A stretch of 36,526 nucleotides of DNA, from positions 1 to 36,526 of IMG/VR virus record IMGVR_UViG_3300024254_000019; one strand, written 5' to 3'. The stretch is from a virus (lineage: Duplodnaviria; Caudoviricetes). The translations under genes were made by a program, and so were the position numbers. Below are positions 1 through 6,473 of the stretch, piece after piece; position 1 is the stretch's first letter; every line of letters begins with the position of its first letter. The notes beneath the pieces are model-generated. The model saw nothing but the letters and a program-made list of their open reading frames with translations, did not search any database and had not been told where the DNA came from.

Positions 1-31
1 TTTACCCATTTTTCGCTTTTTTACACATCCG

Positions 32-79
32 TTCCACGCTCCGTGAAAAACCGCTTGACCATTTTCACACTGTGTGAAA
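32..79. promoter_or_regulatory. Two related 17-bp palindromic operators
   Basis: TTTCACAC-T-GTGTGAAA (63-79, perfect 8-bp arms, in the promoter spacer) and TTCCACG-CTC-CGTGAAA (32-48, one mismatch). Confidence 0.65.
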
Positions 80-83
80 TCAT
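55..83 (+). promoter_or_regulatory. Sigma70-like early promoter (-35 TTGACC, 17-bp spacer, extended -10 TG-a-AATCAT)
   Basis: TTGACC 55-60, TG 75-76, AATCAT 78-83, upstream of AGGAGG (98-103) and ATG 108. Confidence 0.6.
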
Positions 84-107
84 GCCTCCGTTGGCTAGGA
101 GGATCAC

Positions 108-284
108 ATGAACCGCTCATCTGCCTACTGGCAAGGTCGCGCCGACGAGGCGTTGATCATTGCCGGAAAATGCAAAGACCCGAAAGCAATGGAGCAAATG
201 CTCGACTGCGTCGCCCACTATCAATGTCTGATGTTGATCGCAATCAAACAGGAAATGTTCGGCGAACCGGGGGCGCTGCTATGA
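108..284 (+). CDS. Hypothetical protein, 58 aa (MNRSSAYWQGRADEAL...GEPGALL); not in ORF track
   Basis: AGGAGG SD at 98-103, open frame to TGA 282-284, ATGA overlap with next gene. Confidence 0.75.
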   Translation: MNRSSAYWQGRADEALIIAGKCKDPKAMEQMLDCVAHYQCLMLIAIKQEMFGEPGALL

Positions 285-463
285 ATCCCCGATACATCGA
301 TCTCAACAATCCGTGGAATCTCTGTTTTACCGAACAGGAACGCAGAGACTATCAAGCCTACCTCGATCGGACGCTGAATGCGCTTGCGCCGCCAACGCCC
401 GATCAATGCGAAATCCAGCGCGATTACGAGCGTGAACGTCTCTATGGATGGAGCGTTCGATGA
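281..463 (+). CDS. Hypothetical protein, 60 aa (MNPRYIDLNNPWNL...)
   Basis: ATGA-coupled to both neighbours; 3' part of track ORF 74..463. Confidence 0.65.
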   Translation: MNPRYIDLNNPWNLCFTEQERRDYQAYLDRTLNALAPPTPDQCEIQRDYERERLYGWSVR

Positions 464-732
464 TCCGCACAGCACTCGAATTGATCGCCATCAGCCTGTT
501 TGTTGCAATGTTGCTGATGTGGGCCGCCCTCTTATCCGGAGCCCGCGCCCAATTCATGCAAATGCAGCCGATGCCGCCAATGGCACCGATGCAACCCATG
601 GCGCCAATGCAGCCGTTGCCATCGATCGAACCGATGCAACCGCTGCACCCAATCCAACCGCCGGTGATGCTGCAACCGCGCACCACCACCTGCCAGCGCA
701 TTGGCATCAACGTCGTCTGCACGTCGAGGTGA
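460..732 (+). CDS. Exported or membrane-anchored protein with Met-x-Pro repeats
   Basis: Hydrophobic N-terminus ending ARA-Q, (M/L/I)xP triplet repeats, C-terminal TTCQRIGINVVCT; ATGA coupling at 460. Confidence 0.65.
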   Translation: MIRTALELIAISLFVAMLLMWAALLSGARAQFMQMQPMPPMAPMQPMAPMQPLPSIEPMQPLHPIQPPVMLQPRTTTCQRIGINVVCTSR

Positions 733-736
733 TGCG

Positions 737-898
737 ATGAGGAAACAACGGGAGGAATACGATATCGGCGCCGCCAATCAGCGCGAGTCTGATTGGAATT
801 GGGGCTATCAGGACGGCCGCGAGCGGCGCGAGCCACGCCAGCCGCATAATGACGACTACATGCGCGGCTTTGCCTTCGGCGCTCGGAGGCAATCATGA
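737..898 (+). CDS. Hypothetical protein (MRKQREEY...WGYQDGRE...YMRGF)
   Basis: GAGGT SD before ATG 737; GY-DG/YxRGF pattern typical of small phage proteins; ATGA coupling to 895. Confidence 0.6.
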   Translation: MRKQREEYDIGAANQRESDWNWGYQDGRERREPRQPHNDDYMRGFAFGARRQS

Positions 899-1089
899 GA
901 AACATCACCGTGTTTACTTGCCGATATTGGGATGGTTGGACCGCCACCATCGGTGAATGGTGCAAAGGCGATCCCATCGGCAAAGGGCCAACCGAGGCCG
1001 ACGCCGTCTATGATCTGTATTGCGCCATTGATGAGCGCGAGCAGGACGATCAAGACCGCTATGATTATGAGACGCGCCCCCATGAATAA
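895..1089 (+). CDS. Small protein, possible HicB-like N-terminal fold
   Basis: GGAGG SD; DGWTATI...GKGPTEADAVYDL resembles the HicB G-x-T-x-x-E-A motif. Confidence 0.5.
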   Translation: MRNITVFTCRYWDGWTATIGEWCKGDPIGKGPTEADAVYDLYCAIDEREQDDQDRYDYETRPHE

Positions 1090-1246
1090 CACCGAAACCA
1101 CTCACAGCTTTGTGCTGGTGATCGAGGTGCGCATTCACGATCAGGTACAGATCACGTCGCATCGGTTCAACACTCGTGAGGCGGCCGATCAAGCCGCCAA
1201 TTTCATCGCCGACGCCAATCACAACTTCATCCTCATCGAGGACTAA
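1082..1246 (+). CDS. Hypothetical protein, 54 aa (MNNTETTHSFVLVIEV...FNTREAADQAA)
   Basis: Overlaps the upstream stop and abuts the ERF start; FxTREAA motif common in phage early proteins. Confidence 0.6.
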   Translation: MNNTETTHSFVLVIEVRIHDQVQITSHRFNTREAADQAANFIADANHNFILIED

Positions 1247-2263
1247 ATGAGCGATCTGTCAACAATCGAAAAGCCGGTGCCGTCTATGCTGTGTGAACCG
1301 CCACAGCAGACCAGCGTTGCTACTCCAACGCCGACGGCGCCGGCTTCCGAAATCAACCTCCCAATGCCGATCGGCATCCCATGCGGCAAGCTTGCTGGCG
1401 CCATCGGTCAAGTTATGCAGGAGATCGGCACCGTCGCCAAAGACGGAACCAACAAGTTTCACAATTACAAATACGTCAAGGTTGAGGATCTTCTTGCGCG
1501 CGTCACGCCGCTGATGGCAAAGCATGGCGTGGTCATCCTGCAAACCGAGGTCGATCGCTCCATGCTCGACGGCGATAAGGCCGTTGCCGTGCGCTATGCC
1601 TTTTCGCTGATCCATTCCAGCGGCGAGGTTTGGCCCGAGCGGCTCTATCAAACCGGGCTGTCACGCTGCCGCGACAGCAAAGGCGGCTTTGATGACAAGT
1701 GTTTTAACAAGGCCCACACCGCAGCCCGCAAATACATGCTCCTGGCGCTGTTTCAGGTGCCGACCGGCGATGAGGCCGACGACGCCGACGACGGCGCCAA
1801 CGATGGCAATGGCGTATGGGGCAAGAAAGGATACGGCAACGGTGCATCCGTTTTACAGCCCGGCGACTATGACGACGGCGTGCCGGAAAGGAACACTAAG
1901 CCCAAGACCAAACAGGACGCGATATTTCCCCGCACCCTCAATGCCGCCGTGACCTTTGCCGATCGGGCTCGGGCGATGCAGGATGAACTGCGGCAATGCG
2001 CGAGCGTGGTCGAGTTGCTGGAACTAGGCGACGAAATGAAAACCCGGCGGGATTACCAAACCCTGCCCGACACGCTCAAAGACTATATCTGGAAAACGCA
2101 AGCCAAGTGTCTGGCCAAGATGCCGCCGCCCGAGGTAGTCCACGACACCGATGACATCGAACCACGCTCGGCGACGGAAAGCGACTTTGAGGCCGCGCCA
2201 GATCCAGATGAGCCGGGATCGATTAGCTTGCGCGCAATGGCAATGCGGGATCAGCGCCAATGA
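1247..2263 (+). CDS. erf: ERF-family ssDNA-annealing (recombination) protein
   Basis: VAKDGTNKFHNYKYVKVEDLL, LIHSSGE and KAHTAARKYMLLALFQVPTGDE-DDAD match ERF superfamily motifs. Confidence 0.88.
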   Translation: MSDLSTIEKPVPSMLCEPPQQTSVATPTPTAPASEINLPMPIGIPCGKLAGAIGQVMQEIGTVAKDGTNKFHNYKYVKVEDLLARVTPLMAKHGVVILQTEVDRSMLDGDKAVAVRYAFSLIHSSGEVWPERLYQTGLSRCRDSKGGFDDKCFNKAHTAARKYMLLALFQVPTGDEADDADDGANDGNGVWGKKGYGNGASVLQPGDYDDGVPERNTKPKTKQDAIFPRTLNAAVTFADRARAMQDELRQCASVVELLELGDEMKTRRDYQTLPDTLKDYIWKTQAKCLAKMPPPEVVHDTDDIEPRSATESDFEAAPDPDEPGSISLRAMAMRDQRQ

Positions 2264-2574
2264 ACGATCAGCGCGATCTGTTTGGTGATCGCTATCCCGA
2301 TCGGCCGGGCGCGGTGCGCGGGAGCGATACCAGCGAGCACGCCGCCGAGAGTGTCGAGCACGACGTCAGCCGGCTGCGCGGCATGGTCTACAACTTCATT
2401 TCGGCGTGCGAGCACGGCGCGACTTGCGATGAAACCGAGTCGCGCTTGTTCATGCGGCATCAGACGTGCTCGGCACGGATTCGGGAATTGGTGATACGCG
2501 GCAAGTTGTACGACACCGGGGAACGCCGGCTGACCCGAAGTAAACGGCCGGCGAGAGTATATCGGGTGAGCTGA
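2260..2574 (+). CDS. Winged-helix DNA-binding protein
   Basis: GATCDE...HQTCSARIRELVIRGKLYDTGERRLTRSKRPARVY is a typical phage wHTH pattern; ATGA coupling. Confidence 0.7.
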   Translation: MNDQRDLFGDRYPDRPGAVRGSDTSEHAAESVEHDVSRLRGMVYNFISACEHGATCDETESRLFMRHQTCSARIRELVIRGKLYDTGERRLTRSKRPARVYRVS

Positions 2575-2588
2575 CAACGAGGAACAAC

Positions 2589-3038
2589 ATGAGCAACGTA
2601 GTCAGGCTGAAAAAGTTGTCGTCTGCGTTGATGCAATGCACCGCGTGCGGTGCATCTGCCGAGGCCGCATGTGATTGCGGCGCACCATACATGCCGGCGG
2701 GTGAACGAGCAGCCCAAGCAATAGAAGCAAATCCCGGCATGTCAGATCGGGCTATCGCTGAGCAAATTGGGATCGGCCACCAAACGGTCGGAAGAGCCCG
2801 TAAGGCAACTGGTCCATATGGACCAGTTGCGAAACGTACTGGCAAAGACGGCAAGACACGACGCGCACCACAACGCAAACAACAAGAACTTGTTATGCCC
2901 ACTGAAGAAGAAGCAGAAGAAGAATATCAAGCAACTTGCTACGACCAGGCGTGTCGGCTCCTGGAAGAAATGGCCGATGCAACGCGGCAAAAATACGCCG
3001 CCCACTGTAAGAGGAAATATCATGAATTCAGATCGTGA
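2589..3038 (+). CDS. Cys-cluster plus HTH protein
   Basis: GAGGA SD; CxxC-x7-CxC followed by NPGMSDRAIAEQIGIGHQTVGRARK helix-turn-helix. Confidence 0.7.
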   Translation: MSNVVRLKKLSSALMQCTACGASAEAACDCGAPYMPAGERAAQAIEANPGMSDRAIAEQIGIGHQTVGRARKATGPYGPVAKRTGKDGKTRRAPQRKQQELVMPTEEEAEEEYQATCYDQACRLLEEMADATRQKYAAHCKRKYHEFRS

Positions 3039-3501
3039 TGCACCCAGGCCCGGCACAAAAGGCTTCATGTTGGATGTAATGCCATCTAAAGATTGTCTCG
3101 ATTCGGCCATTGCCGCAAACGGGCAATGCAACCCAACCAAGTGTTGGCACTTCGTCGGTATCAACAAGCTGATGGACAAGCTCGCACCCGGCGAGAGACA
3201 TCATGTGCGCGTTGATGCCGGCCATATCAAACTAAACTTTGGCGGTTGGCGTTATGTTGCGGACACGCCGGTCCACGTCAAACGGTCCCTGATGTTGTTC
3301 GATGCTGGCCGCTATGATGATCTGTACATCCGCCGCTACAAACTGCGCTTCCGCCGTACAACAAAAATCAAGGAGGCGACGGCGGAGCGTAAACAGCAAA
3401 TCAATGCAGCACGTCAAGCTCGCATTGCCGCGGGCAGCGATGAGCCGCACCGGGTCTATAATCTTCGTGCGCGCGTCGAGGGATTTTCCGGCGTTGTATA
3501 G
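3022..3501 (+). CDS. Hypothetical protein, 159 aa (MNSDRDAPRPG...)
   Basis: GAGGA SD before ATG 3022; 3' part of track ORF 2767..3501. Confidence 0.65.
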   Translation: MNSDRDAPRPGTKGFMLDVMPSKDCLDSAIAANGQCNPTKCWHFVGINKLMDKLAPGERHHVRVDAGHIKLNFGGWRYVADTPVHVKRSLMLFDAGRYDDLYIRRYKLRFRRTTKIKEATAERKQQINAARQARIAAGSDEPHRVYNLRARVEGFSGVV

Positions 3502-3513
3502 GGAGAAAAAGCC

Positions 3514-3750
3514 ATGACAGACGCAGCCATTGATATGACCAAACTTGAGGCCGACGTCCGCGAACCAAGCGCCGAGATCTCAAAGTTTGTCCCGAGCAAA
3601 TATCGCACCGGCGACAACCTGCTAGCGATCCAGCAAAGCTATCGCAAAGCCCTGCTCGATCTCGCCACCGAGCACGATCGCCAGATCGGCGATTATCTCA
3701 AGCGCAACAAATCCATGGTCGATGAACTGAGCCGGCTCATCGGAAGCTAA
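3514..3750 (+). CDS. Hypothetical helical protein
   Basis: GGGAG SD, ATG start, amphipathic helical composition. Confidence 0.65.
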   Translation: MTDAAIDMTKLEADVREPSAEISKFVPSKYRTGDNLLAIQQSYRKALLDLATEHDRQIGDYLKRNKSMVDELSRLIGS

Positions 3751-3794
3751 CGGCGCCGCACCGACTGCGGCAATCACGTAGAGGAAGGCAGCAC

Positions 3795-4319
3795 ATGGCA
3801 GGTTATTTATGCTACGTCGTCGTGCTCGATCAGGGCGGCGTGCCAACACATCCAATTGCCCCCGGCGGTCCACCGCCCGGCATCTGGCCTAGTCCGGGAG
3901 TTCCGACGCATCCAATCGCACCCGGTGGGCCACCTCCGGGCTATTGGGGAGGCGTGGCACCTCCGCAGCCGACCCATCCAATCGCGCCTGGTGGCCAGCC
4001 TCCAGGCTATTGGGGAGGTGTTGCACCTCCATTGCCGACGCACCCGATTGCACCCGGCGGACAGCCTCCGGGATACTGGGGAGGCGTGGCGCCCCCACAG
4101 CCAACACCGCCGATCTGGATTCCGATGCCGCCACCGCCGGGAGGCGCAAAGCCGGAACACCCAATCTACTATCCCCCGGTGATCTGGCCGGAGCCGCCGG
4201 AAAAACCGCAACCCGGTGAGCCGCCGGTCGAGGCTAAGATCATCTGGACGCCGCAAACCGGTTGGGGTGTCGTGTTTGTGCCAACGGATAGTGCCACCGT
4301 ACCAACACCGTCGCAGTAG
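3795..4319 (+). CDS. Proline/glycine-rich repeat protein (PTHPIAPGG...YWGGVAPP repeats)
   Basis: GAGGAAGG SD; repeat units conserved in protein while third codon positions vary. Confidence 0.75.
   Translation: MAGYLCYVVVLDQGGVPTHPIAPGGPPPGIWPSPGVPTHPIAPGGPPPGYWGGVAPPQPTHPIAPGGQPPGYWGGVAPPLPTHPIAPGGQPPGYWGGVAPPQPTPPIWIPMPPPPGGAKPEHPIYYPPVIWPEPPEKPQPGEPPVEAKIIWTPQTGWGVVFVPTDSATVPTPSQ
3843..4100 (+). repeat. Four coding tandem repeats (one 60-nt and three 66-nt units)
   Basis: Units begin at 3843, 3903, 3969 and 4035, each encoding PTHPIAPGG. Confidence 0.85.
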
Positions 4320-4329
4320 GAGTTATTGG

Positions 4330-4433
4330 TTTCGGGCTGGGTAATCTCCCCGGAGAGTATCTGCAAACAGCCCGGAAAGGTGCGGGCGGGATCGAATAAC
4401 CAGCGCCCTGGCTACGCGAGCCCCGTCCGCACT
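4330..4433 (+). ncRNA. Candidate structured RNA (two long adjacent hairpins)
   Basis: TTTCGGGCTG(4330-39)/CAGCCCGGAA(4368-77) and GGTGCGGGCGGG(4379-90)/CCCGTCCGCACT(4422-33); the mismatches are G-U wobbles on the + strand. Confidence 0.45.
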
Positions 4434-4456
4434 GGTTTGTTGAGTTGGAGTCGGAA

Positions 4457-4675
4457 ATGCCGCGTACCGTCCGAGTTAATTTTTCAGTTGAGCCCGAGAT
4501 CGAGCGGGAGCTGCGTGCCCGCGCCGACCGGGAAGGCCGCAGCCTGTCCAACTTCCTGCGCCGGGAATGCCGCAATATTGCTTTCGGTTCACAAGATGTG
4601 AAAGTATCGACCGATCGAATGCCGGGGAGGATCGCCGATGCCACGCGTCGCATTGCCAAAAATTACACCGGATAG
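4457..4675 (+). CDS. Arc/CopG-like ribbon-helix-helix DNA-binding protein
   Basis: GGAG SD; alternating beta strand VRVNFSV then ELRARADREGRSLSNFLR. Confidence 0.75.
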   Translation: MPRTVRVNFSVEPEIERELRARADREGRSLSNFLRRECRNIAFGSQDVKVSTDRMPGRIADATRRIAKNYTG

Positions 4676-5570
4676 GTTCGCGTCCATCTTGAGAGATTTT
4701 CAGGCCAGCGAAGTTTTCAACGGATACAAACCAAACACCAAAGCCGCCTGGCGCCATATCTATCGCCTCGCCGAGCATCCCGACACACTTGGAAGCATAT
4801 ACATCACGCAGATCGATACGGCCGACATTCAGGAATTCTTAGACGCTCTTGCTGACCATCCCTACATGCAACATCGCGGCAAGCGGGCACTGCGAGCCGC
4901 AGAAAAATGGGCGCTGCAGCGCCGACGTCTGCCGCGATCGATCGTGCGCGATGCCGGCTTGGTCAAGGCCGATGGCGCCCGCGAGCCGTGGACATTGGAG
5001 GAGGTCGCGTTAGCCGAGGAACACGCGCGCCCGCATTTTGCGCGCATCATCACGCTTGGCAGCATGACCGGGCAACGACTCGGCGACATGATCCGCATGC
5101 AATGGAAGGATCTGCGAAATTATCGCGGCGAGTTGGGAATCGACGTTCTGCAGGAAAAAACTGGGCTCAAGATGTGGGTCCCGATCATTGAGGAATTTGC
5201 GCCAATTCTGGCGAGCTGGCCGCGCATCGGAAAGTATATCCTCGAGCGCGGCGACGGCTTTCCCTGGACAACCCGCAAGGCGACGTCCGAGGCATGGTGC
5301 AAAGAACGGGCGCGCAATCCGATGTTGGCGCGGATCCGCGAGCGGATGCTGACGCTGCATGGATTGCGGGCGACGGCCTGTCTGCGGCTGCGCGCTGATG
5401 GCCTCTCAAACGCGTTTATAGCCGCGTGCGTCGGCATGTCGGAAAAGATGGTGGACACTTATTGCCGGCGGGAAAAACGCGCCGACACCGCTATCGAGGC
5501 GATGCAGATGCGCAAGCGGAATCGGGCCGCGGACGTGGTGCCATTTCCGGCAAAGGGAACGGGTAAATGA
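4638..5570 (+). CDS. int: Tyrosine recombinase / phage integrase
   Basis: GGAGG SD; TGQRLGD (Arg I), QEKTG (Lys), HGLR (His-x-x-Arg), MVDTY (Tyr). Confidence 0.92.
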   Translation: MPRVALPKITPDRFASILRDFQASEVFNGYKPNTKAAWRHIYRLAEHPDTLGSIYITQIDTADIQEFLDALADHPYMQHRGKRALRAAEKWALQRRRLPRSIVRDAGLVKADGAREPWTLEEVALAEEHARPHFARIITLGSMTGQRLGDMIRMQWKDLRNYRGELGIDVLQEKTGLKMWVPIIEEFAPILASWPRIGKYILERGDGFPWTTRKATSEAWCKERARNPMLARIRERMLTLHGLRATACLRLRADGLSNAFIAACVGMSEKMVDTYCRREKRADTAIEAMQMRKRNRAADVVPFPAKGTGK

Positions 5571-5746
5571 GTGAAATCGATGAACTGCGCGCCACGATCG
5601 AACGCAAGGAACATGGCATCAAAGATCTGCGCACAAGGCTGTCACGCATGCGCACCGAGATCGAGCAATTGCGCGCCGAAAATGACCAACTGAGAAAAGG
5701 TAGCCTATTACCAGTAAAAACTGGGTCTAACCCATTGAAATCATGA
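5567..5746 (+). CDS. Coiled-coil protein, 59 aa (MSEIDELRATIERKE...); not in ORF track
   Basis: ATGA overlap with the integrase stop; heptad pattern; ends TGA 5744-5746 inside the att region. Confidence 0.6.
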   Translation: MSEIDELRATIERKEHGIKDLRTRLSRMRTEIEQLRAENDQLRKGSLLPVKTGSNPLKS

Positions 5747-5798
5747 GAAAACCACGTATTGGAGTGGTACGTGGAAATCAAGTTAAATCAATAAGTTA
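5728..5798. other. Probable attP: palindromic core flanked by inverted IHF-like sites
   Basis: CCACGTA-N9-TACGTGG at 5752-5774; AATCAATAAGTTA (5786-5798) matches WATCAANNNNTTR; inverted near-match at 5728-5740; AT-rich, downstream of int at the strand convergence. Confidence 0.6.
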
Positions 5799-5818
5799 TA
5801 AAGGACGTTTTTAGGTGT

Positions 5819-5959
5819 TTAGGTACAAAAACTCTGAGGATCGTCTTCGCCCCAATAGGTCCAAATCGATTCGAGCAACCATCCGTCATACCCATAGGTC
5901 GAAACCAGCGCATAGCCCAGGCTCCTGGTCTGCGAATAATCCCAAAACCATAGTGGCAC
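5819..5959 (-). CDS. Micro-ORF D, 46 aa, Trp/Tyr-rich (MPLWFWDYSQTRSLGYALVSTYGYDGWLLESIWTYWGEDDPQSFCT)
   Basis: AAGGAG SD from the repeat 6 nt before GTG 5959; TAA at 5819. Confidence 0.55.
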   Translation of the reverse strand: MPLWFWDYSQTRSLGYALVSTYGYDGWLLESIWTYWGEDDPQSFCT

Positions 5960-5965
5960 GATGGG

Positions 5966-6041
5966 CTCCTTTTGTTGTGCCGGTCACAGGCGCCACCTCA
6001 CCGGCTCTAGGCTGGCGTACCAGCCCAGCAACGCTCCTATT
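5966..6041 (-). repeat. 76-bp direct repeat, copy 1
   Basis: Identical to 6202-6277 (ctccttttgttgtgccggtcac...cagcaacgctcctatt). Confidence 0.95.
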
Positions 6042-6195
6042 CTACACACTTGGCCAAGTAGGCCAGGGCAAGTTCGTAGATAAGTTCTGTTTCCGAGTAG
6101 GGAGTCTGCTCGATTACATCTTTGATCGGATCACCGTTTTTCACGTAGACCACGATCTGCTCACAGACCTCTTTGAGGTCGGCAGGGTTTTGCAC
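6037..6195 (-). CDS. Micro-ORF C, 52 aa, acidic helical (MQNPADLKEVCEQIVVYVKNGDPIKDVIEQTPYSETELIYELALAYLAKCVE)
   Basis: AAGGAGG SD then GTG 6195; fills the inter-repeat spacer; TAG supplied by repeat copy 1. Confidence 0.7.
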   Translation of the reverse strand: MQNPADLKEVCEQIVVYVKNGDPIKDVIEQTPYSETELIYELALAYLAKCVE

Positions 6196-6201
6196 TTCAC
6201 C

Positions 6202-6277
6202 CTCCTTTTGTTGTGCCGGTCACAGGCGCCACCTCACCGGCTCTAGGCTGGCGTACCAGCCCAGCAACGCTCCTATT
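6202..6277 (-). repeat. 76-bp direct repeat, copy 2
   Basis: Identical to 5966-6041; period 236 bp. Confidence 0.95.
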
Positions 6278-6362
6278 TCCGGTCGGCCATCGCTGAGATT
6301 ATGCCCATCAGGCCAGAACATATGAACGCGAGCACCATAACCACGATTTGGACGCTGGTCAT
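6273..6362 (-). CDS. Micro-ORF B, 29 aa single-TM peptide (MTSVQIVVMVLAFICSGLMGIISAMADRK)
   Basis: AAGGAG SD 7 nt upstream; hydrophobic core with basic C-terminus; TAG supplied by repeat copy 2. Confidence 0.6.
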   Translation of the reverse strand: MTSVQIVVMVLAFICSGLMGIISAMADRK

Positions 6363-6374
6363 TCATGGGCTCCT

Positions 6375-6473
6375 TTAGCACGCCCAAAACCAAAGCCCTG
6401 TGTGTGGAAGGTATCGGTTACCAATGATACCATCCCCCAGGTAGCGTCCACTTTCCATTCGAGGTTCAGCCAT
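6375..6473 (-). CDS. Micro-ORF A, 32 aa (MAEPRMESGRYLGDGIIGNRYLPHTGLWFWAC)
   Basis: AGGAG SD 6 nt before ATG 6473; its TAA runs directly into the next SD. Confidence 0.5.
   Translation of the reverse strand: MAEPRMESGRYLGDGIIGNRYLPHTGLWFWAC

Noticed and set aside
74-280. N-terminal extensions of track ORFs 74..463, 2767..3501, 7854..8315, 8075..9079 and 14904..15269
   Set aside because: They overlap better-supported genes; internal starts with an SD or stop-start coupling were used instead.
5966-6041. Known self-cleaving ribozyme (hammerhead, HDV-like, twister, pistol) or tRNA
   Set aside because: No CUGAUGA/GAAA core, no room for an HDV P3 stem and no T-loop/D-loop consensus on either strand by eye. 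An Infernal search is still needed.
5815-6246. Track ORF 5815..6246 (+) and ORF 6348..6665 (+)
   Set aside because: No SD and non-protein-like composition; the - strand micro-ORFs with well-spaced SDs explain the region better.
5966-6277. CRISPR array
   Set aside because: Only two repeats, 76 bp long, with a 160-bp protein-coding spacer; no cas genes in the window.
4638-6277. Integron (IntI plus attC cassettes)
   Set aside because: The repeat's outer motifs run GTT...AAC, the reverse of attC (RYYYAAC...GTTRRRY). It folds as a branched junction rather than one long hairpin, and no IntI-specific insertion is evident in the integrase.
6220-6366. Alternative 48-aa frame for micro-ORF B (MNDQRPNRG...)
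   Set aside because: Its ATG is only 3 nt from the SD and it reads through the repeat. The ATG at 6362 has 7-nt spacing and stops at the same repeat TAG as ORF C.
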